Shown: in pieces, positions 8,239 to 17,806 of the stretch
Numbering within the stretch: the stretch's first letter is position 1
How the letters are laid out: each line of letters opens with the position of its first letter
DNA from: Chloroflexota bacterium
GTDB lineage: Bacteria; Chloroflexota; Dehalococcoidia; Dehalococcoidales; JAFGLR01
DNA length: 50,149 bases
Assembly (NCBI GenBank): GCA_016210585.1
Contig: JACQTX010000187.1
Coordinates: 1-50,149 of the forward strand
Reading direction: 5' to 3'
Position numbers and translations under genes: made by a program
The notes under the pieces: generated by a model
Database searches by the model: none
Seen by the model: only the letters and a program-made list of their open reading frames with translations
What the model was told of the DNA's origin: nothing

Positions 8239-11200
8239 CTATTTCGGCCTTTTCCACCACACAAAGAAACTCACGAGCAGCAAACCGGCGGCAAGTATGA
8301 GTATGGTCTGCCAGGAGAGAAGCAGCTCGCGCCAGGGGAGTTTCCAGTCGCCACGCATCAGCAATTTCGGGTCATTAAGGCGCGGTGGCAACGGCATGTC
8401 TAGTTCTCCATCCGTAGTCAGGTCGCTGATAAATAGCGCCTGTTGTGCTGATGGCGCTATCTCAAGCACGGTCTTTCCTCTGATAGTCATGGGTTCACCG
8501 ATTCTGGACACCAGCCCTTTGGCCGGCTCAATCAGTATTGAAGAGAAGTTTGTTTCCCCGTCTACCTCTATCCTGGGACTGTAGGCAAAAGCGTTTGTGG
8601 CCGAGCTTATAGCCATGGCCAAGACTTGATTACTAATATCAAGCTGAAGGATTTTGCCGCCCTGCTCCACTACCATTCTTCCTGTAGTCCCTGACAGGTC
8701 AAGCTGCCATAAAAGCCCCTCCGGAAACTGCATCATCTGGTAGCCGAGAACAGAGGTCAGCATTTGCTGATTAACTCCTACCGCTTTGGGTGACATTGTC
8801 ACCCTCGGTGCGGTGACATTTGAAGTGGACGGACTATCAATGAAAATCTCCTTTACCCGGACGTTTTCGAGAGTCAGGTTTTCCATGGCAATCTCCAGCC
8901 GGTCAGCGGTGAACTCGGTGTAGAAGGGAATAAAGGATTTAGTCGTAGCTTTTATCTCGCCAGTGAGACTCGCGTCACCAATGGAGTAACCAAGATGCAG
9001 CTCGGCAGGAAACTCCTGCTCCTTATAAGCTGGAAAGATGAGGCGGAAAATCGAGCCCAAAGTAACAATAGTCGGTTTGTTTTTCGAATCCGGAGCTGGT
9101 GCTTCCAGTGCCGAGAAGAAGGGTCTTATATCCACATAGATGATTTCTCCTTGCCCAATCTCTTTGCGGTAGGCAAAAGGGGCGACACTCTTGCCTTGCC
9201 GCGCGTAGCTGGCAATCACCTCTACGGACGGGGCTTTTGATGCGGAAAGGGCTACGTTAATATTTGGTAAGGCAATGGACGCCTCACTACCGGATATCGA
9301 ATCAGCACGCACAGTTTCTGAAGAGTAAACAATTGACGCTAAATCAGCGGCAAAACCAGCGCCGTGGCTGTTTAACACAATCAGCTTGCCGCCTGATTTC
9401 ACCCAGTCCAGGTAAGCCTGATTGTCAACCTGATGGGCATTATGAAAATCGGCAGCTTCAAAGTTGGCGCCTATTTCGGCGAGGCGGATAACAGTTCTTC
9501 CTTGAGCGTCTGCCGGAACAAAGTAACCAAACGTCACTGACTTGATTCGGGTCAGGTCTATCTTTGATGTTCCGGACCTAACCTTATCCTTGACTGGTCT
9601 CAATGTGCCCTGGGATTGTGTCCAACCAGAGCTAGTCAGCTTGACGTCCAGAGATTCAGAGTTGCCTTCCACATCGGCAAAGCTAAACCTGAGAGTTCTG
9701 CCTGTGCCGTCGCCGAAAAACCAGAACTCATATGACTCGTAATCGCTCCAGTCCTGCGTCCGGGGGAAGACATGCTCAATATTGTGCCAGCCCTTTAGCC
9801 CATTGTCAATGGCCCACTTCAAACTCGCCTGTCTGCCTATCTTCTCGGAAGTATCAGTCTCAATGGTATCTGGTCTGACTTCTTCCAGGGACCGCACGAA
9901 TAACGAGTCGAGTAGCATTTCTTTGTCCACTCGGTGAATATAGAAACGGTCAATGCTGCCAACCCGGGCCGCGAAATCCACTCCGTTTGCTGACAGTAGC
10001 TCTTTGCCCCGCTCATCATAGACCGCGTAGTCACTTTTGCCAGCGCGGGCATCCCACTTCACCACAAAACGGTACCATGTGTTAGGGAGGTACCTTATAT
10101 TGCTGTCTGTCCAACCGTTCTTCCCTAAATAGCCGAAGGTCCCCTCGCCAGTTAGAGAGACACCACCCACTTCGGTCAACCCACTACGCAGCGTAATTCT
10201 CCCCAACTGGTAAAGATTTACTTCGCCAATGCGGATGACCGTTTGACCACTCGCCCCAATTGGCGGCACCTCGTAGCCAAACCTTACCGATTTGATTTTC
10301 GTCAGGTCCAGCTTTGTCTTACCGGAGCTGATCCTCTCCTTCAAGGGAGACAACATGCCGGAGAAGTCAGTCCAGCCGGTCTCACTCAGCTTGACATCTG
10401 TATAATCAGAGTTGCCAGCTTCATCTTCGAAGGTAAAGCGGAGAGTGCTACCACTGCCGTCGCCATATACCCAGAATCTAAACGATTGATAGGCACTCCA
10501 GTCCTGCGGCTGGGCATAGCTATACTGAATGCTGTGCCAGCCTTTCATACCAAGCTTAAGTGTCCATTTGAGGCTGGAGCTATTGCTAGTTCTCTCGGTA
10601 GAGTCAGCTACCAGGGAATCTGGCTCCATCTCGTCTAGGCTGCGTATGACCACCGAGTCCATAAGCATTTCTTTATCTACGCGGTGAATGTAAAAGCGGT
10701 CAATACGCTCAACCGGACTTCTGAAATCCACCTCTTCGGGGCCCCAGATTTCTCTGCCCTGCTCATTATAAATAGTGAAGTCTGCCCTGTCCGCCTCGCT
10801 GTCCCATTTCACAACAAAGCGGTACCACGTGTCAGGGGAATATTTCACTTTGCTGTCAATCCAGCCGTTCTTCCCCAGATAGCCAAAGGTCCCATCTCCG
10901 GTGAAGGAAACACCAGTTACCTCGGTTTGACCCCCGCTGCGGAGTGTAATTCTACTTGTCTGATTAATAGTGGGGATGCGCATCCAGAACTCCGCCTGCC
11001 CCTTCGCATATCCTTCAAAAGCGGTGTAAGCCTGGGCAAAACCCGTAGTACTGGCAACCAGGAGGCTCGGTCTTTGCCTCCCGGGCAAGGTAATTACCTC
11101 CAGATTACCACTCCCAATTACCCATTTCCGAACGTCATCCGCTTGCTCCGGGCCAATACGTAGTGCTGAGACAGGCCGGGTCAATAGCTGCCAACCATAC

Positions 11201-14199
11201 ACTTCAGGAGATGTTTTATCTGACGCATTCACTGGTAGCACTATTTGGTTTTGTGCGGGCAGGCGCAGCCAGAACTCCGCCTGCCCTTTTACGAATCCCT
11301 GAAGAGCGGCGTAAGCCTGGGCAAACTGCGTGGTACTGGTAGCCAGCAGGCTTGGGCCTTGCCTTCCGGGTAAAATGGTTGTTTCCAGCTTACCACTCCC
11401 GATTACCCATTTCCGAATATCATCTGCTTGCTCCGGGCCGATACGCTCTTCCGTGATGGGTCTGGTTAGCAGTTGCCAATTATCTGCTCCCGCCCTGCTC
11501 AAGGGGTCATACGGTAACACGATAACCGGCGCGTTAAACTGTGCCGGGTCACCGCCGGCAAAAACGCCATAGTTCGTCCGGGCAGAAGAGAGCATCAGCG
11601 CGGAGAAGACATTGGTACCCTCGGAAGATAGAGGCAACCTCTGTCCAGATAGCCGGGTTTCTCGACCGCTAGCTACCCAGGGAACGGCAAGGGCTACCTC
11701 GGGCTGTGCAACCGGGCGTGACATAGGTGGGACTTCGTATATGGTATGTTCAGCATTTGTAAAGGCTATCGGCAAGAGGGGGAACAGGTTCTTGTTGAAC
11801 CATGACCCCTCTCCCAGCTTCCTAATTTCTTCGATTTCCGTTTTCGTCAGTGGGATGTATTTTACACCGTAAGATGGTAGAGAATATACCACTTGCAGCA
11901 TGTCCTTGTTTTTGAAAAACAGGTCTCGCTTTACATTAAAGAGACGTATTGATTGCGTTTGGGCTCCCAGTGCTCTCTGCCCACTCAATTGTAGTTTCTG
12001 TGAGTTAGCTACCGAAAAAGTAGCCACTTTGTAGGTAGCCGAATTATTGCTCTTCAAGAAATCTACTGCCTCGATGTCTTGGGCAGAGCCTTGCCACCTG
12101 TTTTCTGTGCTTACCGCCTCGCGCTCTATTTGCAAGAGGCTATCCACTGAGCTAAAAACCAAAACCAGGACCAAAAAACCGGTTAGGGCATACTGTGCCA
12201 TACTGGTGTTGCGTATCAGTCCCCTAATCCTGCGGACAATGAACAGTAATGCCCAGGCCCCCAGTAATGCTATGAACACAAAGGACAAGAAGATAAACCG
12301 GAACTCCTCGATAGGAGTCGCACGTGCTGTTGCTCCCATCTTGACAATTGGTGTCCCGTAGAACTCGATGTTCACAACACCAAGAAGTCTACCCAGGATG
12401 ACAAGTATCACAAAACTCAACGCCAGAAAAGCAACCAGTCTTTCTATTCTGCCTGCCCGCAAAACAAGGCTGACCGAAACCAGGGCCAAGACGAGCGGGA
12501 CACCATACTTGACGGGCCAGAAGAACCAGGGGAAAACACCCGCTGACCAGTAGAGGTCATCGCTATCGAAAGGATAGGTGAAGCGATAGGCGGCAATAGC
12601 CAGGAAGAATAGGCCCCATGAAACGTAAAGCAAAGCTATTCGCGGGTAACTATAGATTACCCGCGATAAGTCCAGCCAGCTAAGCCGTTCCATGAGTCTC
12701 TTTGTCCCTCTTGTATTGAGGAGGTACGCCAGTAGTGTCATGAAAAGAGAAACCCCAATACTTAACCACAACAGAAGTCCCGAATAGGTACGAGCCGGGG
12801 AAGTTTCATCAACCAACAGAACCATGAGGCTACCGACCAACGCCGCACATGCTGTCCAGCTAATCCCTTTGGTATTTCCGACATATACTACCAGTGCCGC
12901 GGCGATAACCGTGAGAAAAATGAGCATTTCATACATGTGCACTAAGTAAGCTATGGCAAAGGTAATGGCCCCTAATATTACTTTGAGTCGTGCCGAAATA
13001 TTAGCTCTGAGGAGAAACAACATAGCTACGAAGTCGATGAGGCCAAAGACACGCGGCTTAAATACCCACTCCACAAAAAACTGGTGCTCGCGAAATAGAG
13101 TGGCTGGTCGCACCCCTTGCAGCACCTGCCACCATTGCCCCATGTCATCTATCGGCAGGGCTGCCAGCTTCTTCTGAATAACAAAGACGAAAGCGACACC
13201 GCTGAACAGGACGAAGATACTGGTGCTCAAGGTTGCCAGTTTTCTATTTTTGAATAACGCCATACCCAGCGCGTAGAAGGCAGGAATAATGAGTACCATT
13301 AGAAAATTGAGCAGCATGACAGCATTGACCATCGGAAAGCCGGCGATTCTGAGATAGGCGACCATATTGAGATGGAACCAGTAGGGATACGATTGTTGTC
13401 CCCACCACTCATACCAGCCTTCTCTGAAATAGTTCATCGCTATACCAAAGTGGCTGTACATGTCGCCTCTTAGGACATTCTGGTATTTGAAGTTGATTAG
13501 CACAATCCCAGCCAACACCAGCAGCGCAAGGGTCAGCAAAATAGCCTGGCTGTAGTTGAAGTTCGCCGGGGGCAACCCAGAAGCGTGTCCCTGACGCTCC
13601 GTCAGCCGCAGACTGCTGCGGCGCAACTCAACAGTGACAAAGGGAACGGCGAGAAGCAAACTGATACCCAGATAAGCGGGCAGAAAACCGTCGAAGTTTC
13701 GGATCGTCACTGCCAGGATAAAAAGCGCGGCCGTGCTCAAAAAGTAACTAACGATGAAGGAAAATACCAGCGTCATAGCTCCGGGGAGCTGCTTCTGCCG
13801 GTCAATGAAATAAACAATAATGTAGCCCGGCAGGAAATAGATAAGGAAGAGGGCTGAAATAACCCTGAGGTAGCTGGCAATGGATATTTGCCGCCAGTCC
13901 GGCTCAAAGAGGGCATCACTGGCAGGAACGAGGACAATGAAGGCTACCGCCAGGACATAGCCGGCCACGAATACCATGTTCCAGTTGAAAGAATAGCGAT
14001 ACTGGTCTGGCGAGTCTGCTTCTTCATTTGCCCACAGGTACCTATAGAGCAGATAGGCGAGAACGGCGACTATCGCCGCCAAGGCAAACCGCGTGGGCAG
14101 CCACAGTGTCCAGGATACTACTAGGCCGATGATGATAGCGACCAATACCGCCGGTAGCTCCCGACCGAGCAGGCTTCTTACCCGTGACCCGCGGCTCAT
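8239..14199 (-). CDS. Giant (about 1,986 aa) membrane protein: polytopic N-domain, duplicated beta-sandwich/CBM-like modules, C-terminal TM anchor; putative GT-C-type glycan-processing enzyme
   Basis: The ORF frame 8239-14601 was trimmed to ATG 14199 (MSRGSRV...), which forms an ATGA overlap with the upstream GT2 stop. Residues encoded by about 14199-12150 are almost entirely hydrophobic helices (about 20). The soluble part begins near VDSLLQIER (12121-12147). The terminal helix WQTILILAAGLLLVSFFVWW lies at about 8255-8320. Confidence 0.7.
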   Translation of the reverse strand: MSRGSRVRSLLGRELPAVLVAIIIGLVVSWTLWLPTRFALAAIVAVLAYLLYRYLWANEEADSPDQYRYSFNWNMVFVAGYVLAVAFIVLVPASDALFEPDWRQISIASYLRVISALFLIYFLPGYIIVYFIDRQKQLPGAMTLVFSFIVSYFLSTAALFILAVTIRNFDGFLPAYLGISLLLAVPFVTVELRRSSLRLTERQGHASGLPPANFNYSQAILLTLALLVLAGIVLINFKYQNVLRGDMYSHFGIAMNYFREGWYEWWGQQSYPYWFHLNMVAYLRIAGFPMVNAVMLLNFLMVLIIPAFYALGMALFKNRKLATLSTSIFVLFSGVAFVFVIQKKLAALPIDDMGQWWQVLQGVRPATLFREHQFFVEWVFKPRVFGLIDFVAMLFLLRANISARLKVILGAITFAIAYLVHMYEMLIFLTVIAAALVVYVGNTKGISWTACAALVGSLMVLLVDETSPARTYSGLLLWLSIGVSLFMTLLAYLLNTRGTKRLMERLSWLDLSRVIYSYPRIALLYVSWGLFFLAIAAYRFTYPFDSDDLYWSAGVFPWFFWPVKYGVPLVLALVSVSLVLRAGRIERLVAFLALSFVILVILGRLLGVVNIEFYGTPIVKMGATARATPIEEFRFIFLSFVFIALLGAWALLFIVRRIRGLIRNTSMAQYALTGFLVLVLVFSSVDSLLQIEREAVSTENRWQGSAQDIEAVDFLKSNNSATYKVATFSVANSQKLQLSGQRALGAQTQSIRLFNVKRDLFFKNKDMLQVVYSLPSYGVKYIPLTKTEIEEIRKLGEGSWFNKNLFPLLPIAFTNAEHTIYEVPPMSRPVAQPEVALAVPWVASGRETRLSGQRLPLSSEGTNVFSALMLSSARTNYGVFAGGDPAQFNAPVIVLPYDPLSRAGADNWQLLTRPITEERIGPEQADDIRKWVIGSGKLETTILPGRQGPSLLATSTTQFAQAYAALQGFVKGQAEFWLRLPAQNQIVLPVNASDKTSPEVYGWQLLTRPVSALRIGPEQADDVRKWVIGSGNLEVITLPGRQRPSLLVASTTGFAQAYTAFEGYAKGQAEFWMRIPTINQTSRITLRSGGQTEVTGVSFTGDGTFGYLGKNGWIDSKVKYSPDTWYRFVVKWDSEADRADFTIYNEQGREIWGPEEVDFRSPVERIDRFYIHRVDKEMLMDSVVIRSLDEMEPDSLVADSTERTSNSSSLKWTLKLGMKGWHSIQYSYAQPQDWSAYQSFRFWVYGDGSGSTLRFTFEDEAGNSDYTDVKLSETGWTDFSGMLSPLKERISSGKTKLDLTKIKSVRFGYEVPPIGASGQTVIRIGEVNLYQLGRITLRSGLTEVGGVSLTGEGTFGYLGKNGWTDSNIRYLPNTWYRFVVKWDARAGKSDYAVYDERGKELLSANGVDFAARVGSIDRFYIHRVDKEMLLDSLFVRSLEEVRPDTIETDTSEKIGRQASLKWAIDNGLKGWHNIEHVFPRTQDWSDYESYEFWFFGDGTGRTLRFSFADVEGNSESLDVKLTSSGWTQSQGTLRPVKDKVRSGTSKIDLTRIKSVTFGYFVPADAQGRTVIRLAEIGANFEAADFHNAHQVDNQAYLDWVKSGGKLIVLNSHGAGFAADLASIVYSSETVRADSISGSEASIALPNINVALSASKAPSVEVIASYARQGKSVAPFAYRKEIGQGEIIYVDIRPFFSALEAPAPDSKNKPTIVTLGSIFRLIFPAYKEQEFPAELHLGYSIGDASLTGEIKATTKSFIPFYTEFTADRLEIAMENLTLENVRVKEIFIDSPSTSNVTAPRVTMSPKAVGVNQQMLTSVLGYQMMQFPEGLLWQLDLSGTTGRMVVEQGGKILQLDISNQVLAMAISSATNAFAYSPRIEVDGETNFSSILIEPAKGLVSRIGEPMTIRGKTVLEIAPSAQQALFISDLTTDGELDMPLPPRLNDPKLLMRGDWKLPWRELLLSWQTILILAAGLLLVSFFVWWKRPK
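9448..10953 (-). repeat. Intragenic tandem duplication B1/B2 (2 x 251 aa; each is a lectin/LamG-like half plus a CBM11/CIA30-like half)
   Basis: RITLRSG starts at 10953 and 10200 (period 753 nt). Shared strings include GTFGYLGKNGW, TWYRFVVKWD, IDRFYIHRVDKEML, SLKW, QDWS.Y, FGDG.G.TLRF, KIKSV.FGY and TVIR. Identity is roughly 55-60% by eye. Confidence 0.8.
10954..11478 (-). repeat. Intragenic tandem duplication A1/A2 (WQLLTRP...GQAEFW module; period 285 nt)
   Basis: W codons of the two WQLLTRP motifs lie at 11476-11478 and 11191-11193. A hand alignment of 78 positions gives 56 identities (about 72%). Confidence 0.85.
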
Positions 14200-15245
14200 A
14201 CCGTTCCCTCTCGACCCCACTTGCGCGTGACTGACCATACTTCGCCCAATCTGACCGGGTATGTCGTCTTGCCCAAGGACCGCAACTGGCCTCTCTCCCT
14301 CAGTATGTGACGCAAGTGACGCAAGCCCCACCAGAAAGCCCTTATCTTGGCAAAAGAGTATTTCGGACTCTGCTTGAGCGTAACCCAGCCAACAAAAGTG
14401 GTCACCACCAGCTGAAAGCCCAGCGTGGACAAGATGAGGTGGACGGGCAGATGCTTGATATAGAAGTGGAAGACGCTTCTGAAGTGCTGGTAGGTCCGGA
14501 GCAAAGGTATATCCCCGGAAACCAGTCCCACCATATGGTAGACGATGGCGGAGGGCACCGTCACACAAGTATAGCCGGCCCTTCTGGCCGCCAGGCACCA
14601 ATCGAGGTCTTCGTTCAAGAAGAAATAGTCCTCGTCCAGCAGCCCGATTTTCTCGAAAGCCGCCCGCTTTGTCAGGCTGGCGCAGTTGGCTACAAAGTCC
14701 ACATCAGCTACTACGGCGCTAACGTTTTCCCGCCGTCCATCAAGGGGGACTCCCCAAATTAGACCGGTAAAAGCATCCAGGCGTGAGCCGGCCGACCAGA
14801 CCCGCTCCGTGCCGTGGTAGAATATCAGGCTACCTGCCACGCCAATCCGAGGTGAGCTGGTCAATGCCTTTACCATCTCTGACAGCCAGTTTTTGTCGGC
14901 AATGGCGTCATTATTGAACATGGCAATCAGGTCACCCTTGGCGGCTTTGATGCCCACATTGTTCCCCGCGGCAAAGCCGAGATTCCGCTCATTAACGATG
15001 AGTCTGGCTTTGGGGAACTCCTGCCGCACTATAGTCACCGAGTCATCCGTTGAGGCGTTGTCCACTACGATGACCTCATAGCGAGGATAGGTCTGCGCAA
15101 AGAGTGACTCCAGGCATGGCCTGATGCACTTCTTGCCATTCCAGTTCAGAACGATGATGCTGACTAACGGTGTGCTGGACATAGTGAAATCCATCTCAGG
15201 CAATCTGGGAAAGGTAAGACCCACCACCCTCTTCTCCCCGCTCAT
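14196..15245 (-). CDS. Family 2 glycosyltransferase (paralog 1)
   Basis: VSIIVLNWNGKKC...EVIVVDNASTDDS...NLGFAAGNN...FNNDA is a classic GT2 (GT-A, DxD-type) N-domain. The start is uncertain (ATG 15245, 15194 or 15182; the longest ORF begins at 15320). The stop overlaps the giant gene's start (ATGA). Confidence 0.8.
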   Translation of the reverse strand: MSGEKRVVGLTFPRLPEMDFTMSSTPLVSIIVLNWNGKKCIRPCLESLFAQTYPRYEVIVVDNASTDDSVTIVRQEFPKARLIVNERNLGFAAGNNVGIKAAKGDLIAMFNNDAIADKNWLSEMVKALTSSPRIGVAGSLIFYHGTERVWSAGSRLDAFTGLIWGVPLDGRRENVSAVVADVDFVANCASLTKRAAFEKIGLLDEDYFFLNEDLDWCLAARRAGYTCVTVPSAIVYHMVGLVSGDIPLLRTYQHFRSVFHFYIKHLPVHLILSTLGFQLVVTTFVGWVTLKQSPKYSFAKIRAFWWGLRHLRHILRERGQLRSLGKTTYPVRLGEVWSVTRKWGREGTV

Positions 15246-15249
15246 TATA

Positions 15250-16266
15250 CTAAATCGTGGCCAGCTTTGACTGCGCGCACCGCCTGGTGGACAGGCGCAG
15301 ACACTCAGCGAGGCGGACACGAGGCAACGATTTTTTCAGTCTGCCTCCCGGCTTTGCTCTGCCGTTACGCCGCGCCTGGCTGAGAGCGGCAAAGCAGGCT
15401 CGCCACGAATGGCCTATGCTGTTGAGTGGATAACCCAGAAAGAGGACCTGTGCCACCGGTATGGCAGTGAGCTTCAATATTAGGCTCAGCGGAAGATAGA
15501 ACCACGGCAACCATTTCAACGTAAGCTTGAACTCGCTCTCCAGGTCAAGCAAATGCCTCCGTGAAGGCTCCTTCCTGGTTGAAGCGGAGACAGCATGCCA
15601 GACAACGGCGTCCGCCACTATCTTCAGCTTATAACCGGCCTGCCGCGCCCGCAGGCAGAAATCAACGTCCTCACTGCTGATGAAGAAGCGCTCATCCAGA
15701 AAGCCTATCTGGTCAAATACCTCTTTTCTTATCAGCACCGCACAAAAGGGTATGTAGTCGAAATCGTTGCTCAGGAGGACTTCACGGTCGTATTGCCCCA
15801 GGTGCCAGGTCATTCCGCTGAGCACGTCAAAGCGTCCGGCAATACCCCATAACATATCTTTCGGCTCCCGGTAGTAAATCGGCCCGGAGGCAATACCTGT
15901 TCCGGGGGAGGAGAGTATGCCCTCGCCCAGCCTGGCTAGCCAGTGCGGGTCAGCGCTGGCATCATTGTTGAAGAGCACCACCAGTTCCCCTCTGGCAGCC
16001 TTGATGCCGATATTGTTGCCGGCGGCAAAGCCGAGGTTGCGACCGTTGATAATCAGGCGCGCTGGCGGAAACTCTTTGCGGACTATCTCGGGGGAACCAT
16101 CGGTTGAGGCGTTGTCAACAACGATAACCTCGTAGTTCGGATAGGTCTGCTCAAAAAGCGAGGCCAGACACGGTCTGAGGCAACCTGCCCCATTCCAGTT
16201 CAGGACAATAATAGATACCATGGGAAACGTGTGACCACTCATACCACCAAGTCCACCTACCAGCAC
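15250..16266 (-). CDS. Family 2 glycosyltransferase (paralog 2)
   Basis: VSIIVLNWNGAGC...EVIVVDNASTDGS...NLGFAAGNN...FNNDA is collinear with the downstream GT2, so this is a tandem duplication. Confidence 0.8.
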   Translation of the reverse strand: MLVGGLGGMSGHTFPMVSIIVLNWNGAGCLRPCLASLFEQTYPNYEVIVVDNASTDGSPEIVRKEFPPARLIINGRNLGFAAGNNIGIKAARGELVVLFNNDASADPHWLARLGEGILSSPGTGIASGPIYYREPKDMLWGIAGRFDVLSGMTWHLGQYDREVLLSNDFDYIPFCAVLIRKEVFDQIGFLDERFFISSEDVDFCLRARQAGYKLKIVADAVVWHAVSASTRKEPSRRHLLDLESEFKLTLKWLPWFYLPLSLILKLTAIPVAQVLFLGYPLNSIGHSWRACFAALSQARRNGRAKPGGRLKKSLPRVRLAECLRLSTRRCAQSKLATI

Positions 16267-16272
16267 TGCCCA

Positions 16273-17391
16273 TCAGCCAGTGGCTGCTTTCTGTATTTGC
16301 TCTATGCAAGCGCAAACGTAATCTTTCTGCTCCAGCGTCAACCCGGAACTGGAGGGCAGGTACAGACCCCTTTGGCCCAGTTCGTCAGCTACCGGATAGC
16401 TTTCTCCGGCAAACAGGCCCATCTCGGTAAAGCAGGGCTGGCGGTGCATGGAAAAGAAAAAGGTGCGCGTGCCCACGCCCTTCTCACTGAGCCTGGCCAT
16501 TAGCTCATCACGCGTGAGGCCAAACTCGTCCTGTACCAGGATACCATACATCCAGTATACATTCTTTGCCCAGCTTTTCTCCACTGGCAGGGTGATGCCG
16601 GGTATGTCCTTGAGACGGCTATTGTAATAGTGAGCGTTGCGCCGCCTCATCTCCACAAACTCATCAATTCTTTCTAGCTGGGCCAGGCCAATGGCCGCCT
16701 GAATATTTGTCATGCGGTAGTTGAAACCAATGTCCGTATGCATGAATCTCTTTTCTGGGAAATAGGCCAGGTCCTTTAGACGCCTGGCCCGGTCGGCGAT
16801 TTTGGCATCATTGGTGATAACCATGCCCCCTTCGCCGGTGGTAATTATCTTGTTAGCGTAGAAGCTGAAACAACCGATGTGTCCTATGCCACCCGCTTTT
16901 CTACCATTGTACTCTGCGCCGTGGGCTTCGGCAGCATCCTCAATTACGAACAGGTTATGCCTCCGGGCAATTTCCATTATGGGGTCCATATCGCAGGGGT
17001 GACCGTAGATGTGGACTGGCATGATAGCCTTAGTCCTTTTGGTTATCCGGGCCTCTATCTGGCTAATGTCCAGGTTCCAGGTATCCGGCTCGGCATCAAC
17101 CAGGACGGGCGTGGCACCGGTATAGACAATGGCAAAAATAGAGGCCGCCATGGTGAAGGCAGGCACAATAACCTCGTCACCCTTACCGATGCCAAGAGAA
17201 GCTACCGCCAGGTGAAGGGCCGTGGTGCCGCTGGTAGTCGCACAGCCGTACTTACAGCCGCAATAGCTGGCGAACTTCTGCTCGAACTCACCCAGGTACT
17301 TGCCCTGTGAAGAAATCCAGTTGGTCTTCAAGCAGTCCGTGACGTACTCAAGCTCTCTGGCTCCCGTGAGAGGCTCACAGACTGGAATCAC
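16273..17391 (-). CDS. DegT/DnrJ/EryC1/StrS-family PLP-dependent sugar aminotransferase (GDP-perosamine synthase-like)
   Basis: 372 aa with family-typical segments (LGIGKGDEVIVPAFT, FSFYANKIITTGEGGM). GTG start at 17391 in a GTGA overlap with the cupin stop. Lies two genes downstream of gmd. Confidence 0.8.
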   Translation of the reverse strand: MIPVCEPLTGARELEYVTDCLKTNWISSQGKYLGEFEQKFASYCGCKYGCATTSGTTALHLAVASLGIGKGDEVIVPAFTMAASIFAIVYTGATPVLVDAEPDTWNLDISQIEARITKRTKAIMPVHIYGHPCDMDPIMEIARRHNLFVIEDAAEAHGAEYNGRKAGGIGHIGCFSFYANKIITTGEGGMVITNDAKIADRARRLKDLAYFPEKRFMHTDIGFNYRMTNIQAAIGLAQLERIDEFVEMRRRNAHYYNSRLKDIPGITLPVEKSWAKNVYWMYGILVQDEFGLTRDELMARLSEKGVGTRTFFFSMHRQPCFTEMGLFAGESYPVADELGQRGLYLPSSSGLTLEQKDYVCACIEQIQKAATG

Positions 17392-17804
17392 GGGTTCCCT
17401 CCTTCGGCCAGGCGCACCTTGTCCTCAGCAGTCCCGAAGAACGGCCCCTGCTTCACCTCAATAATCCGGGAATCCTCCAGGATGTGGAAACCGTGCCCGC
17501 CGGAGATGAGAAGAATAGTGTCGCCGGCATTTAACGCGGCACTGGCAACTTTCCGGCCGTCATCCCCGTAGAACTCCGCTTCCACCTTGCCCTGGTCAAT
17601 ATGGAGCACCTCTTCCAGCCTGTTTATTGTTCTGGGGATGTCTTTGTGGACGTGAGGTCTTATCCTGGCACCGGCACGGTGCTTGAGCACACCCAGTTGC
17701 AAGGGGCTGTCCGCCGGCGTAATGAAATCAACGCCCTCAGTGCCGTGATTGCTGCGTAGAATCAACGCCAGGACCTTGTCCTGCCAGGTCACTGTGTCAA
17801 TCAT
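17388..17804 (-). CDS. Small cupin-fold metalloprotein (WbuC/FdtA-like; sugar-nucleotide isomerase/epimerase candidate)
   Basis: 138 aa. Cupin motif 1 G-x5-H-x-H is present (GARIRPHVH) and a second His-containing strand (GGHGFHI). Located between gmd and the aminotransferase. Confidence 0.5.
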   Translation of the reverse strand: MIDTVTWQDKVLALILRSNHGTEGVDFITPADSPLQLGVLKHRAGARIRPHVHKDIPRTINRLEEVLHIDQGKVEAEFYGDDGRKVASAALNAGDTILLISGGHGFHILEDSRIIEVKQGPFFGTAEDKVRLAEGGNP

Positions 17805-17806
17805 GC

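Noticed and set aside
14200-14601. N-terminal 134-codon extension of the giant ORF as given in the ORF track
   Set aside because: It overlaps the 3' end of the GT2 gene (14196-15245) in another frame and is non-hydrophobic, low-complexity sequence. The internal ATG at 14199 gives a canonical ATGA overlap.
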